Part shown: positions 28,845-39,836 of the stretch, piece by piece | Layout of the letters: every line of letters starts with the position of its first letter | Numbering within the stretch: the first letter of the stretch is position 1 | Source: Bacteroidota bacterium | GTDB lineage: Bacteria > Bacteroidota > Bacteroidia > B-17B0 > Aurantibacillaceae | Assembly: GCA_043719555.1 (NCBI GenBank) | Contig: JAYSTR010000085.1 | Location: 672 to 64,671, forward strand | Length of the DNA: 64,000 nt | Direction of reading: 5' to 3' | Notes under the pieces: generated by a model | The model's database searches: none | Told to the model about the DNA's origin: nothing | The model's input: only the letters and a program-made list of their open reading frames with translations | Made by a program: the position numbers and the translations under genes

Positions 28845-30476
28845 ATGCCTAAAGGAATTTATAAAGTACCCGTTGCGGTTAATGAACCTATAAAAAATTA
28901 TGCTTCAGGAAGCGCTGAGCGTAAAGAAGTACAAGCTATGTTAAAAGAATTACGTAGCAAAGAACTGGATATCCCAATGTATATTGGAGATAAAGAAGTT
29001 CGAAGCGAAAACAAGATTCGTATATCACCACCTCACGATCATAAACATACATTAGGTTATTTCCATAAAAGTGATAAAGCACATGTAACTCAAGCGATTG
29101 ATGCTGCTTTAGCTGCTAAGGAAAAATGGGCTAACTTAAGTTGGGAACATAGAGCAAGTATCTTTTTAAAAGCAGCAGAATTAATTGCTGGACCTTACCG
29201 TTCTAAATTAAATGCAGCTACAATGTTAGGTCAAAGTAAAAATGCATTTCAGGCTGAGATTGACAGTGCGTGTGAAATTATTGACTTCTTAAGATTTAAC
29301 GTTCAGTATATGACAGAAATATATGCTGATCAACCAATATCTGGACCTGGTGTTTGGAATCGTTTGGAGTGGAGACCTTTAGAAGGATTTATTTATGCTT
29401 TAACGCCTTTTAACTTTACGGCAATAGCAGGTAATTTACCAACTAGTTGTGCTATGATGGGTAATGTGGTTGTTTGGAAACCGAGTAATACTCAAGTGTA
29501 CAGCGCTAACGTATTAATGGAGATTTTTCAAAAAGCGGGTGTTCCGGATGGTGTTATTAATTTAATTTACCCAAGCGGACCAGATGCTGCAGAGGTTGTT
29601 TTTAACCACAAAGATTTTGCAGGTATTCATTTTACAGGTAGTACAGAGGTATTTCAAAATATTTGGCAAACTATTGGAAACAATATTCATAAATACAAAT
29701 CGTATCCACGTATAGTTGGCGAAACTGGCGGAAAGGATTTTATTATGGCTCACAAGTCGGCTGATGTAAATGTATTATCCACAGCTATATCTCGTGGTGC
29801 ATTCGAATATCAAGGTCAAAAATGTTCAGCTTGTTCAAGAGCTTACATTCCATCTAATATTTGGCCTACAGTAAAAGAATTAGTATTAGCTGATTTAAAA
29901 TCCATGAAAATGGGTCCAACAGAAGACTTTACTAATTTTATTAATGCTGTAATTGATGAAAAAAGCTTTGATAAATTAGCTAAATACATTGATGCTGCTA
30001 AGGCTGATCCAAATGTAGAAGTTATAGCTGGTGGAAATTACGATAAGAGTAAAGGTTATTTTATTGAGCCTACAATTATTGTTGCTAAAGATCCTAAATA
30101 CGTAACTATGTGCGAAGAATTATTTGGCCCAGTATTAACATTACACGTTTACGATGCAGATAAATTTGAAGATACATTAGCAATAGTTGATTCAACTTCT
30201 ATTTATGCGTTAACGGGTGCTATCATTGCTCAAGATAGATATGCGATTGAATTAGCAACTAAAAGATTAAATAACGCAGCAGGTAATTTTTACATTAATG
30301 ATAAATGTACTGGTGCAGTAGTTGGTCAGCAACCCTTTGGTGGTGCTAGAGGTAGCGGAACCAATGATAAAGCTGGTGCTAAAATTAATTTATTACGTTG
30401 GGTTTCTCCGCGTACCATTAAAGAAGTATTTACACCTCCTACAGATTATAAATACCCGTTTTTACAAGCAGATTAA
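28845..30476 (+). CDS. pruA: L-glutamate gamma-semialdehyde (1-pyrroline-5-carboxylate) dehydrogenase
   Basis: 543-aa aldehyde dehydrogenase with an N-terminus typical of PruA (MPKGIYKVPVAVNEP) and catalytic EYQGQKCSA and GETGGKD motifs. Confidence 0.85.
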   Translation: MPKGIYKVPVAVNEPIKNYASGSAERKEVQAMLKELRSKELDIPMYIGDKEVRSENKIRISPPHDHKHTLGYFHKSDKAHVTQAIDAALAAKEKWANLSWEHRASIFLKAAELIAGPYRSKLNAATMLGQSKNAFQAEIDSACEIIDFLRFNVQYMTEIYADQPISGPGVWNRLEWRPLEGFIYALTPFNFTAIAGNLPTSCAMMGNVVVWKPSNTQVYSANVLMEIFQKAGVPDGVINLIYPSGPDAAEVVFNHKDFAGIHFTGSTEVFQNIWQTIGNNIHKYKSYPRIVGETGGKDFIMAHKSADVNVLSTAISRGAFEYQGQKCSACSRAYIPSNIWPTVKELVLADLKSMKMGPTEDFTNFINAVIDEKSFDKLAKYIDAAKADPNVEVIAGGNYDKSKGYFIEPTIIVAKDPKYVTMCEELFGPVLTLHVYDADKFEDTLAIVDSTSIYALTGAIIAQDRYAIELATKRLNNAAGNFYINDKCTGAVVGQQPFGGARGSGTNDKAGAKINLLRWVSPRTIKEVFTPPTDYKYPFLQAD

Positions 30477-30490
30477 TAATCTGAGTTTTT

Positions 30491-30530
30491 AATAATAAGG
30501 CTGTCTCAAAAGGACAGCCTTATTATTTTT
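30491..30530 (+). terminator. Terminator after pruA
   Basis: Perfect 15-bp stem aataataaggctgtc / gacagccttattatt followed by T residues. Confidence 0.7.
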
Positions 30531-30620
30531 GTCTCATCAAGCGTAGTCGAGATGTTTTTATTATCAATTAGTTTGTTCTCGAGTAAGCTCGAACTGACAC
30601 AATCTATAATTTGAGATACA
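30529..30620. repeat. Palindromic intergenic element (REP-like)
   Basis: tgtctcatcaagcgtagtcgaga ... tctcgagtaagctcgaactgaca ... tgagataca. The arms are imperfect inverted copies, and a related word (tcgactccgctcagggcaaca) occurs at 50975-51000. Confidence 0.4.
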
Positions 30621-30626
30621 GATTTT

Positions 30627-32012
30627 TCACTTAATTTTTGATTTTAAAAATTCTAAAGCGATCGCTCTATCATTTGGAATAAGGCCATCGATGATGGCAT
30701 CTTTTAAAGCATTTTTTAATTCGCCTACTTGTTTGCTTGGAGGTAAATTAAACAGTTCCATAATTTCTTCGCCACTAATGGGTGGTTGCCAGTTACGTAC
30801 TTTGTCTTTTTCTTCTATCTCTTTTAATTTTGTACGAACAATTTCAAAATTTTGCAAATAGCGTTTTACTTTATTCGGATTTTTAGTTGTAATGTCGGCT
30901 TCGCATAATGCCATTAAATCATCCACATCATCACCAGCTTCAAATAAAACACGACGTACTGCACTATCTGTTATTTCAGATTTTGCTAATACAATGGGGC
31001 GTAAGTGGAGAAGTACCAGTTTTTGTACATACTTCATTTTTTCATTTAAAGGCAAACGTAAGTTTTCAAAAATCTTTGGCGTCATACGCGCTCCTTTATC
31101 TTCGTGTCCGTGAAATGTCCAGCCATGTTCAGGTTCAAAACGTTTAGTTGCAGGTTTCGCAATATCGTGTAAAATAGCAGCCCATCGTAACCATAGGTTG
31201 TCACTCTTTTTTGCAACATTATCTAACACTTCAAGCGTATGATAAAAATTGTCTTTATGCGATTTTCCATTAACGGTTTCAACACCATATAATTTAACCA
31301 TTTCAGGAAAAATAATATGTAACAATCCTGTATCAAATAATAATTTAAACCCAACGGATGGAATAGGAGAGAGGATAATTTTATTTAACTCATCAGTAAT
31401 GCGTTCCTTCGATACAATATTTATTCTTTCTTTATTATCTGTAATGGCTTGTAACGATTGCTCTTCAATAGTAAATTGTAATTGAGATGAAAAACGAATC
31501 GCGCGCATCATTCGTAATGGGTCATCGCTATAAGTAATACCTGGTTCAAGCGGTGTACGAATTATTTTTTGTTCTATATCGCTTATCCCATTAAATGGAT
31601 CGAGTAACTCTCCAAAATTTGCTTTACTTAAACCTATGGCTAAGGCATTAATAGTAAAATCTCTACGGTTTTGATCATCTGTTAATGTACCATTTTCAAC
31701 TATAGGTTTACGAGACTGACGATTATAGGACTCTTTTCGAGCCCCAACAAATTCAATTTCTATATCATTTAGTTTAACCTGAGCTGTACCAAAATTTTTA
31801 AATACAGATAGATGAGCTTCGTCGCCTAGTTGCTTGTGAACTAACTCTGCTAACTCGATGCCTTTTCCAACTGTAACAACATCAATATCTTTATTAGTTC
31901 GGTTTAAAAAAATATCTCGAACAAAACCACCAATCACGTAAGCCTCAACATCAAGCTGATTGGCGCAATCGGAAATGATTTTAAAGAAAGGATGAGATAA
32001 ATGCTGTTTCAC
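30627..32012 (-). CDS. cca: CCA tRNA nucleotidyltransferase / poly(A) polymerase-family protein with HD domain
   Basis: GGFVRDIFL...DIDVV nucleotidyltransferase head, RRDFTINA and the HD motif (LHDIAKP). GTG start. Confidence 0.8.
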   Translation of the reverse strand: MKQHLSHPFFKIISDCANQLDVEAYVIGGFVRDIFLNRTNKDIDVVTVGKGIELAELVHKQLGDEAHLSVFKNFGTAQVKLNDIEIEFVGARKESYNRQSRKPIVENGTLTDDQNRRDFTINALAIGLSKANFGELLDPFNGISDIEQKIIRTPLEPGITYSDDPLRMMRAIRFSSQLQFTIEEQSLQAITDNKERINIVSKERITDELNKIILSPIPSVGFKLLFDTGLLHIIFPEMVKLYGVETVNGKSHKDNFYHTLEVLDNVAKKSDNLWLRWAAILHDIAKPATKRFEPEHGWTFHGHEDKGARMTPKIFENLRLPLNEKMKYVQKLVLLHLRPIVLAKSEITDSAVRRVLFEAGDDVDDLMALCEADITTKNPNKVKRYLQNFEIVRTKLKEIEEKDKVRNWQPPISGEEIMELFNLPPSKQVGELKNALKDAIIDGLIPNDRAIALEFLKSKIK

Positions 32013-32034
32013 GTACCAAAAGTACTAGAATTTA

Positions 32035-33660
32035 TTACAAAATATAATCTGTTGATAGAAATTTAGATTTTCGTTCTTCTAAAATTTCGGTCATAATTTT
32101 TTTATTGAGTTCCATATCTTTTACCGCCACCATTGTACGGATAGAGAATACTCGCAAAGCATCACCTACACTTAATGTGCCTTCGGCCGAATCCTTACGT
32201 CCATTAAATGGAAATACATCAGGACTACGTTGGCACTGGCAATTTATATTTACTCTGCAAACTTGATTTACCAATGGATCTATCATTTCGGCTAACTGTG
32301 ATGAATCTGTACCAAAGATGCTTACCTGCTGTCCAAAGTTAGACTCTACCATATATTGTATGGGTTCCGAAATGTTCTTGAAAGATAAAATTGGCACAAC
32401 AGGACCAAATTGTTCTTCGTGGAAAATTCGCATTTTATTTGATACGGGGTACATTACAGCAGGATACACAAAAGATTCGTTAGTAGCCCCACCATTTTCA
32501 TTGATGATTTTTGCACCATTTGCTACAGCATCATCAATTAATTCTTTGATGTATTTTGGCTTTTCTATTTCTGGTAAAGGCGTAATCATTACGTTATCTT
32601 CCCAAGGCATACCACATTTTAAAGATTCTAATTTGGCAACGAAGCGTTTATTAAAATCATCAACAATACTTTCGTGAACAAAAATAATTTTTAAAGCCGT
32701 GCAACGCTGTCCGTTAAATGATAAACTACCAGATATACACTCGTTTACAGCTAACTCAATATCCGCATCTTTTAATACGATAGCTGGATTTTTTGCTTCT
32801 AAGCCCATTACCGAACGTAAGCGATTTGGTTTTGGGTGCGCTTTTTTAAGCACATTTGCAATTTTACTAGAGCCAATAAAAGAAAACACATCAATACCAC
32901 CTTGCTCCATTAATTTCATGGCAGTGTCTTTGCCATGACCATAAATCACATTAATAACTCCTTTTGGAAAACACTCCTTAAACGCATTAAGTAAAGGATG
33001 AATTAATAAGATACCGTGTTTGGCTGGTTTAAAAATAACCACATTCCCCATAATTAATGAAGGAATAAGTAAAGCAAAGGTTTCGTTTAATGGGTAATTG
33101 TATGGGCCCATGCATAAAGTAACACCTAATGGACCACGGCGAATTTGCGCATAGATATCATTTTTCTTTTCAATTTTTGAGTTATCTCTATCTAAGTTTT
33201 TAAGAGCTTCAATAGTATCAAAAATATATTCTACTGTTCTGTCAAATTCTTTTTCGGAATCTTTATAGGTTTTACCAATTTCCCACATCAGGTAATTTAC
33301 AACCGATGATTTTTGTTCTTTCATCATTTTTGTAAAACGTAACATGTGTTCAATACGTTTTTTTACAGGCATTGTTGGCCAAACACCACGCCCTAAATCA
33401 TAGGCTGCTTGCGCTGATTTTAAAGCCTCGAAAGATTCTTTTTCTCCTAATAAAGGATAAGAGCCTAAGCGTTTACGAACAAGGGCGTTGTTTTCCATTG
33501 TGTAAACTGGCGAAAAAATATCTTGTACTGGCCCCGTCCATTGTACTAATTCTCCATTTAATAAATATTCTTTTTGATCTAATTGACTTGGAATTGTCAT
33601 ATTAGTTGGAATTGCAGATGCCTCTGTAAATATGTTTTGTATGTTGTTTGATGATTTCAT
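32035..33660 (-). CDS. Aldehyde dehydrogenase family protein, GapN-like (non-phosphorylating, NADP-dependent)
   Basis: ALDH fold with catalytic [10 protein letters not shown], and EEQFGPV. Substrate was not determined from sequence. Confidence 0.6.
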   Translation of the reverse strand: MKSSNNIQNIFTEASAIPTNMTIPSQLDQKEYLLNGELVQWTGPVQDIFSPVYTMENNALVRKRLGSYPLLGEKESFEALKSAQAAYDLGRGVWPTMPVKKRIEHMLRFTKMMKEQKSSVVNYLMWEIGKTYKDSEKEFDRTVEYIFDTIEALKNLDRDNSKIEKKNDIYAQIRRGPLGVTLCMGPYNYPLNETFALLIPSLIMGNVVIFKPAKHGILLIHPLLNAFKECFPKGVINVIYGHGKDTAMKLMEQGGIDVFSFIGSSKIANVLKKAHPKPNRLRSVMGLEAKNPAIVLKDADIELAVNECISGSLSFNGQRCTALKIIFVHESIVDDFNKRFVAKLESLKCGMPWEDNVMITPLPEIEKPKYIKELIDDAVANGAKIINENGGATNESFVYPAVMYPVSNKMRIFHEEQFGPVVPILSFKNISEPIQYMVESNFGQQVSIFGTDSSQLAEMIDPLVNQVCRVNINCQCQRSPDVFPFNGRKDSAEGTLSVGDALRVFSIRTMVAVKDMELNKKIMTEILEERKSKFLSTDYIL

Positions 33661-33791
33661 AAAGAATAAACTATTTAACTAAAGATACAATGTTTTAAAT
33701 GTAAATGCAAAGAGATTGAAAATCATTTAGTTTACCAAAGCTGTAAAAATAAATTATTAGATTATAAATATTTTTAAATAATAATAAAATT

Positions 33792-35828
33792 CTAAACTAA
33801 TCCAGAGCGTCTTAATAAAGCTTTAGGGTCAGCATCACGGCCTCTAAAACGTTTGTATAAGATTGATGGATGTTCGCTACCACCAGCTGATAAAATATTT
33901 TTATAAAAAGCAGTGGCTACTTCTTTATTAAAAATTCCTTTTTCTTTAAAAGCTTCAAAGGCATCAGCATCAATTACTTCCGCCCACTTATATGAATAAT
34001 AACCTGATGAATAACCTCCTGGAAAAATATGAGAAAATGAAGTAGAGGTACACGTTTCTGCAACCGATGGCATTAAGTCTGTTTTTGCTGTTACGCTTAC
34101 TTCAAAATCTTTTACACTTGTAATATCTTTTGGGTTTTGACTATGCCATGCCATATCAAGCGTAGCTAAACCAATTTGGCGTATCGTTGCCAAGCCACTA
34201 TGAAAGTTCGAAGAGTCAACTATTTTTTGAATATAATCAGCTGGTATTACTTCGCCAGTTTGATAATGTTTAGCAAATAAATCTAAGCACTCTTTTTCGT
34301 AGCACCAGTTTTCTAATATTTGAGATGGTAGTTCTACAAAATCCCAGTAAACACTAGTTCCCGACATACTACCATATTGTCCGTTGGCACACATACCGTG
34401 TAAAGCATGTCCAAATTCGTGAAACAAAGTTGTTACCTCATCAAAACTTAATAATGAAGGTTTGCTTTCGGTTGGTTTCGTAAAATTACAAACGATCGAT
34501 ACGTGTGGTCTGATGTTTACACCTTTTTCTATTTTTTGATTTTTGAATGAGGTCATCCAAGCACCTTGACGTTTACTAGCACGAGGAAAAAAATCGGCAT
34601 AAAATACCGCTAAGAAATCGCCTTGCTCATTTTTTACTTCGTAAGTTGTTACGTCTTTATGGTATAAAGGAATATCATTACGCTGTGTAAACGATAAACC
34701 ATATAATTTTTTTGCCGTTTCAAAAACACCTTCTATTACATTTTCTAACTTAAAGTAGGGGCGCAGTAATTCATCATCAATGGCAAACTTTTCTTTCTTT
34801 AATTTTTCGGCATAGAAGGGCATATCCCATTTTTTTAATTCTTCGGGACCACCAGTTGATTTGCTATAAATCATAACTTCTGCTAATTCATGAATAGCAA
34901 ACTGTAAAGCGTTATCCAATAAATTTTCTAAAAATGCAAACACTTTGGCTGGCGATTCTGCCATACGTTCCTCCAAAACAAAATCGGCATGCGATTTATA
35001 GCCTAGTAAATTAGCACGTTCGTAACGCAACACAGCTATTCTTTTTAATACAGCTTGGTTATCAAACTCATTGTTTTTAAATGCTTTAGAGCCGTATGCT
35101 TTAAATAATTGTTCTTTTAAATCTCGGTTTTCGGCATACATCATAAAGGGACCATAACTCGGAAAATCCAACGTAAATACCCACGCATGTTCTTTCCCTT
35201 TTTCAGTAGCCGTCATTTTAGCAGCTTCTATAATACCTTCGGGTAAACCCGCTAAATCTTTTTCTTTCGTAATAACTAATTCAAAAGCATTACTTTCTTC
35301 TAAAACATTTTCACTGTAGGTTAACGATAAATCCGATGCTTCTTTATCAATAGCACGTAAAGTTTCTTTTTGTGTATCGTTTAATTTTGCACCATTACGC
35401 ACAAAACTCTTGTAGGTTTTCTCAAGTAAAGTTGTTTGTTCTGGATTTAAGGTAAGTGTGCTTTTTGTATTATAAACAACCTCAACACGTTTAAATAAGC
35501 CGTCATTTAAAATAATATCGTTAGAGTAGTCGCTTAACTTTGGCGAAATTTCTTTTGCCAGGGCTTGCATTTCCTTTGAGGTTTCGCATGAGTTTAAATT
35601 AAAAAAGGCAGAACTTACTTCTTCTAATAATCCACCAACTTTTTCTAAAGCTTCAATGGTGTTTGCAAAAGTGGGAGTTTCAGTATTATTTACAATAGCA
35701 TCAATTTCGGCTAAACCAAGTTTTATACCTTCTTCAAAAGCGGGTAAATAATGGTCGTTTGTTATTTTATCAAAAGGAAATGTATTAAAAGGTGTGTTGA
35801 AGTCGGCTAAAAATGGATTTGATGTCAT
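33792..35828 (-). CDS. dcp: M3-family peptidyl-dipeptidase Dcp
   Basis: HEFGH zinc motif (LFHEFGHALH) and 678 aa, typical of Dcp/oligopeptidase A. Confidence 0.85.
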   Translation of the reverse strand: MTSNPFLADFNTPFNTFPFDKITNDHYLPAFEEGIKLGLAEIDAIVNNTETPTFANTIEALEKVGGLLEEVSSAFFNLNSCETSKEMQALAKEISPKLSDYSNDIILNDGLFKRVEVVYNTKSTLTLNPEQTTLLEKTYKSFVRNGAKLNDTQKETLRAIDKEASDLSLTYSENVLEESNAFELVITKEKDLAGLPEGIIEAAKMTATEKGKEHAWVFTLDFPSYGPFMMYAENRDLKEQLFKAYGSKAFKNNEFDNQAVLKRIAVLRYERANLLGYKSHADFVLEERMAESPAKVFAFLENLLDNALQFAIHELAEVMIYSKSTGGPEELKKWDMPFYAEKLKKEKFAIDDELLRPYFKLENVIEGVFETAKKLYGLSFTQRNDIPLYHKDVTTYEVKNEQGDFLAVFYADFFPRASKRQGAWMTSFKNQKIEKGVNIRPHVSIVCNFTKPTESKPSLLSFDEVTTLFHEFGHALHGMCANGQYGSMSGTSVYWDFVELPSQILENWCYEKECLDLFAKHYQTGEVIPADYIQKIVDSSNFHSGLATIRQIGLATLDMAWHSQNPKDITSVKDFEVSVTAKTDLMPSVAETCTSTSFSHIFPGGYSSGYYSYKWAEVIDADAFEAFKEKGIFNKEVATAFYKNILSAGGSEHPSILYKRFRGRDADPKALLRRSGLV

Positions 35829-35887
35829 GTGAGTTTTTTATAGAAAAATAGGATTGATTGTAAGTTACTATTGAATTAGTTTAATTG

Positions 35888-37045
35888 TTATTCTTTAATA
35901 AATTTAGTTTTAGTAAAAGTTCCCTCTTCTGTTTTAATAGAAATAAAATAAACACCAGGTTTAAGTTTTTCGATATTGATTGAATTCGTAGTTGTTTTTT
36001 CATTTATTAATTCGCTTCCGATTATATCTGTAACTATCACGTAATTAGTGTTTTGACTAACGCTTGATAAATTAAAATATAAAGTGTTTTTTGCAGGATT
36101 TGGAAATACAGTTACTACTTGTTTTGATTGTTTACTTTCGTTTACAGAAGTTAATATTGATAAATTATTTTTGCGAAAAAAACGCCATATTTCATTACTC
36201 GCTTTAAAATCCTGATTTGTATTAATTCCACTTAAAGGATAAGGAGATCCAGGCCACGAATGTCCGCCATTAATTACTTTTAAAAGTTCTACCGAGCTAC
36301 CATTCGTTCCTCCAGTATATACATAATGTTCGGCAGTGCAATTATCGCTTGTGCTAATATTAGGAAAGGCTGTAAACTGTGGAGTAGGGTTGCAGTTGTT
36401 TTTTACAACCCATCGTTTTATTAAGGTATCAACATGTAAGCAGGATACAATGCCACCAACACCAGTGTAAGATACCGTTGCATCATTAGTGCCATGAATT
36501 TGCATAATAGGCATAGGATGTAAAGGATTGCAATTAACAATATGTGTAGAAATCATTCCGCCTGAAACAGAAGCGATAGCAGCAATTTTGTTGCTTAATA
36601 AACAAGCTAAATCGTAACTCATAAAACCACCATTACTTAAACCTGTACTGTAAATTCGATTTTGATTAATGTTGTACTGAGCACTAATCGTTGTAATCAT
36701 ATCTAACGTAAAATTAACATCAACAGAAGCTGAAGCTACAGTTCCAAAGTTTGCCCATCCTGTATTTCCACTTGTTGAAAGCCCTTGTGGATGTACGATG
36801 ATGAAATTGGCTGTGTCTGCAATTGGTCTAAAATCGCCATAAAATTCTTGCTGTGTATTATTAGAAGTGTAACCATGAAAATTAAATACTAATGGAGTTG
36901 GATTTAACGAATTGTATATGGCAGGAACATAAACTTTGTAAGTTCTGGCAATGCCTCCACTTGTAATGGTATATGAAATATCGGTTTGTGCAATTGAAAA
37001 AAAAGAAATTAAAATAATTGAAAAGATGAGTACATGTTTTTTCAT
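35888..37045 (-). CDS. Secreted esterase (PHB depolymerase / LpqC-like) with T9SS C-terminal sorting domain
   Basis: Signal peptide, nucleophile elbow GLSNGG, HGTND, and the C-terminal tail VTVFPNPAKNTLYF...GVYFISIKTEEGTFTKTKFIKE. Confidence 0.75.
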   Translation of the reverse strand: MKKHVLIFSIILISFFSIAQTDISYTITSGGIARTYKVYVPAIYNSLNPTPLVFNFHGYTSNNTQQEFYGDFRPIADTANFIIVHPQGLSTSGNTGWANFGTVASASVDVNFTLDMITTISAQYNINQNRIYSTGLSNGGFMSYDLACLLSNKIAAIASVSGGMISTHIVNCNPLHPMPIMQIHGTNDATVSYTGVGGIVSCLHVDTLIKRWVVKNNCNPTPQFTAFPNISTSDNCTAEHYVYTGGTNGSSVELLKVINGGHSWPGSPYPLSGINTNQDFKASNEIWRFFRKNNLSILTSVNESKQSKQVVTVFPNPAKNTLYFNLSSVSQNTNYVIVTDIIGSELINEKTTTNSINIEKLKPGVYFISIKTEEGTFTKTKFIKE

Positions 37046-37164
37046 AGAAAGGGATTTAATTATAAAGCTAATTTAATTAATTATTCTGTAATTATTTAGT
37101 AATGAATTAACTTCTATTATTAGGTTAAAAATAGTACATTCGTTCTCTTAAAACCGAACGTATT

Positions 37165-39435
37165 ATGGCAAAATTAATAAAACAAGATGCCCTTGATTAC
37201 CACTCTCAAGGTCGCCCCGGAAAAATAGAAGTAATTCCCACTAAACCATATAGCACGCAACGTGATTTAACTTTAGCTTATTCACCAGGTGTTGCAGAAC
37301 CTTGTTTAGAAATTGAAAATAACCCAGAAGATGCTTATAAATATACCGCCAAAGGAAATTTAGTAGCTGTTATTTCAAACGGTACAGCCGTTTTAGGTTT
37401 AGGAGATATAGGCGCTTTGGCATCTAAACCAGTAATGGAAGGTAAAGGTTTACTCTTTAAAATTTTTGCTGATATTGATGTATTTGATATTGAAGTTGAC
37501 ACAAAAAATATTGATGAATTTGTAAATACGGTGAAAAATATTGCCGTAACTTTTGGAGGTATTAATTTAGAAGATATAAAAGCACCCGAGTGTTTTGAAA
37601 TTGAACGCCGCTTAAAAGAAGAATTAAGTATTCCGTTAATGCATGATGATCAGCATGGTACGGCAATTATTTCAAGTGCTGGTTTATTAAATGCGGTTGA
37701 AATTTCAGGTAAAAAAATGGGCGATGTTAAAGTTGTAATTAACGGAGCTGGAGCATCTGCGAACTCGTGTGCAAAAATGTACATAGCTGTTGGTGTAAAA
37801 AAAGAAAACATTTTAATGCTGGATAGTAAAGGTGTTATTAATAAAAATAGAACCGATTTAGATCAGTACAAAACATTTTTTGCTTCGGATAATACTAAAG
37901 TAAATACCTTAATTGAAGCCATTAAAGGTGCAGATGTATTTGTTGGTTTATCTAAAGGAAATGTTTTAACGCAAGATATGGTTCGTTCGATGGCACCAAA
38001 TTGCATCGTGTTTGCGTTAGCTAATCCAACTCCCGAAATCCCTTACGAAGATGCTATTGCTGCTCGCCCCGATATTATTGTGGCTACAGGACGAAGTGAT
38101 CATCCTAACCAGGTTAATAATGTATTAGGATTTCCATTTATTTTTAGAGGTGCTTTAGATGTTAGAGCAACAACTATTAATGAGGAAATGAAATTGGCAG
38201 CGGCTTTAGCAATTGCTTCTTTAGCAAAAGAAAGTGTGCCAGATTATGTGAATTTGGCTTATGGAAGTTCTAATTTAAGTTTTGGTAAAGATTACATTAT
38301 CCCTAAACCTATTGATAACCGTTTAATTTCTGTTGTGAGTTCGGCAGTTGCCAAAGCAGCTATTGATAGCGGTGTGGCAAAACATAAAATAACTGACTGG
38401 GAAGCATACCGAACCGAATTAGATAACCGTTTAGGTAAGGATAATAAATTAATGCGAAGCCTTGCTAATAAAGCAAAATCAAATCCTAAACGTGTGGTGT
38501 TTACAGAGGCTGATACATATAAAATTTTAAAAGCAGCTCAGTTAGCAAAAGACGAAGGTATTGCTAAACCAATTTTATTAGGAAATAAAGAGCGTATTTT
38601 AGAATTAATGACTGAGCATCAAATTGATATGGGGGATACACCTATTATTGATGCTTGGTTGCCAGAGGAAGAAGCACGCAGAATTGAATTTGGAGATATA
38701 CTTTGGAAAAAACACCAACGTAAAGGTTTAACGCAGTACGACTCTCGTAAGTTAATGCGCGATAGAAATTACTTTGGTAGTATGATGGTGGAAACTGGTT
38801 TAGCGGATGCTATGATTTCGGGTTTAACTCGAAAATATGGCGCACCTATCAGACCAGCATTACAAGTTATTGGTACACAAGAAGGAGTTAGCCGAGTAGC
38901 AGGGTTATATATGATGGTTACTAAAAAAGGCCCGTACTTTTTTGCAGATACCACTATGACGGAAAACCCTACCGCACAACAGTTGGCAGATATTGCTGTA
39001 TTAACGGCTAATACCATTAAACAATATAATATTACGCCTCGTATAGCGATGTTGTCATACACTAACTTTGGATCGGCCGATGGTGAGACTCCTAAAAAAA
39101 TGCAGGAAGCCACTAAAATTTTACATAAAAATTACCCAGGTTTAGTAGTGGATGGAGATATACAAGCGAACTTTGCCGTTAATAAAGAATTATTAAATGA
39201 GCAGTTTCCGTTTAGTACTTTAGTGGATAAAGATGTGAATACCTTTATTTTTCCGAACCTAGCAGCTGGTAATATTGCGTATAAATTATTGCAAGAACTT
39301 GGTGGAGCTGAAGCTATTGGACCTGTATTAATGGGATTAAAAAAACCAGTACACATTTTACAATTAGGAAGCTCTGTGCGCGAAATTGTGAATATGATTA
39401 CCATTGCGGTTATTGATGCCCAAAACAAAAAGTAG
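37165..39435 (+). CDS. maeB: NADP-dependent malic enzyme (malic enzyme domain plus phosphotransacetylase-like domain)
   Basis: LAYSPGVA, DDQHGTA and GAGASA motifs, with a 756-aa two-domain architecture. Confidence 0.9.
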   Translation: MAKLIKQDALDYHSQGRPGKIEVIPTKPYSTQRDLTLAYSPGVAEPCLEIENNPEDAYKYTAKGNLVAVISNGTAVLGLGDIGALASKPVMEGKGLLFKIFADIDVFDIEVDTKNIDEFVNTVKNIAVTFGGINLEDIKAPECFEIERRLKEELSIPLMHDDQHGTAIISSAGLLNAVEISGKKMGDVKVVINGAGASANSCAKMYIAVGVKKENILMLDSKGVINKNRTDLDQYKTFFASDNTKVNTLIEAIKGADVFVGLSKGNVLTQDMVRSMAPNCIVFALANPTPEIPYEDAIAARPDIIVATGRSDHPNQVNNVLGFPFIFRGALDVRATTINEEMKLAAALAIASLAKESVPDYVNLAYGSSNLSFGKDYIIPKPIDNRLISVVSSAVAKAAIDSGVAKHKITDWEAYRTELDNRLGKDNKLMRSLANKAKSNPKRVVFTEADTYKILKAAQLAKDEGIAKPILLGNKERILELMTEHQIDMGDTPIIDAWLPEEEARRIEFGDILWKKHQRKGLTQYDSRKLMRDRNYFGSMMVETGLADAMISGLTRKYGAPIRPALQVIGTQEGVSRVAGLYMMVTKKGPYFFADTTMTENPTAQQLADIAVLTANTIKQYNITPRIAMLSYTNFGSADGETPKKMQEATKILHKNYPGLVVDGDIQANFAVNKELLNEQFPFSTLVDKDVNTFIFPNLAAGNIAYKLLQELGGAEAIGPVLMGLKKPVHILQLGSSVREIVNMITIAVIDAQNKK

Positions 39436-39454
39436 TTTTAGTTTTTAATATAAT

Positions 39455-39500
39455 AAACACGTTAGCTTTTTTTAATTGAAAATGGTTAACGTGTTTTTTT
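39455..39500 (+). terminator. Terminator after maeB
   Basis: aaacacgtta / taacgtgttt stem with a long loop, followed by a T run. Confidence 0.5.
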
Positions 39501-39509
39501 GTTTTTAAT

Positions 39510-39794
39510 ATGATAATAAATTTTCCAAATAGTAATTTACCCTCAGTTGAAATAAAAGTTATTTCAAGATTCAAAAAAGGTCTTATTAATTATCTGGAAG
39601 TTGAATTGCCTTACACTTTGTCTTTTTATAATTACAAAAAAAGTATGTATGAAGAAAAATCTAAAGTTATTATAATAGCTACAGGGGTTAAAAAATTTTT
39701 ATCTTTTGAATTTTTTAAGAATTTTGAAATTTATATTATATCAATTGAGGATAATTTTATTTTAGATATAGCAGAATTAGAGTCTTACATATAA
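39510..39794 (+). CDS. Small hypothetical protein (very AT-rich orphan ORF)
   Basis: 94-aa ORF with no recognisable motif. Coding status is uncertain. Confidence 0.3.
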   Translation: MIINFPNSNLPSVEIKVISRFKKGLINYLEVELPYTLSFYNYKKSMYEEKSKVIIIATGVKKFLSFEFFKNFEIYIISIEDNFILDIAELESYI

Positions 39795-39836
39795 AACCAT
39801 TCTCTAACAATAAATAAAAATGCTTAAATTCGCGCT

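Noticed and set aside
39442-39521. Direct repeat gtttttaatat(a/g)ataataaa on both sides of the maeB terminator hairpin, a possible target-site duplication.
   Set aside because: Only about 11 nt are identical before the copies diverge. Such A/T words recur by chance in sequence this AT-rich.
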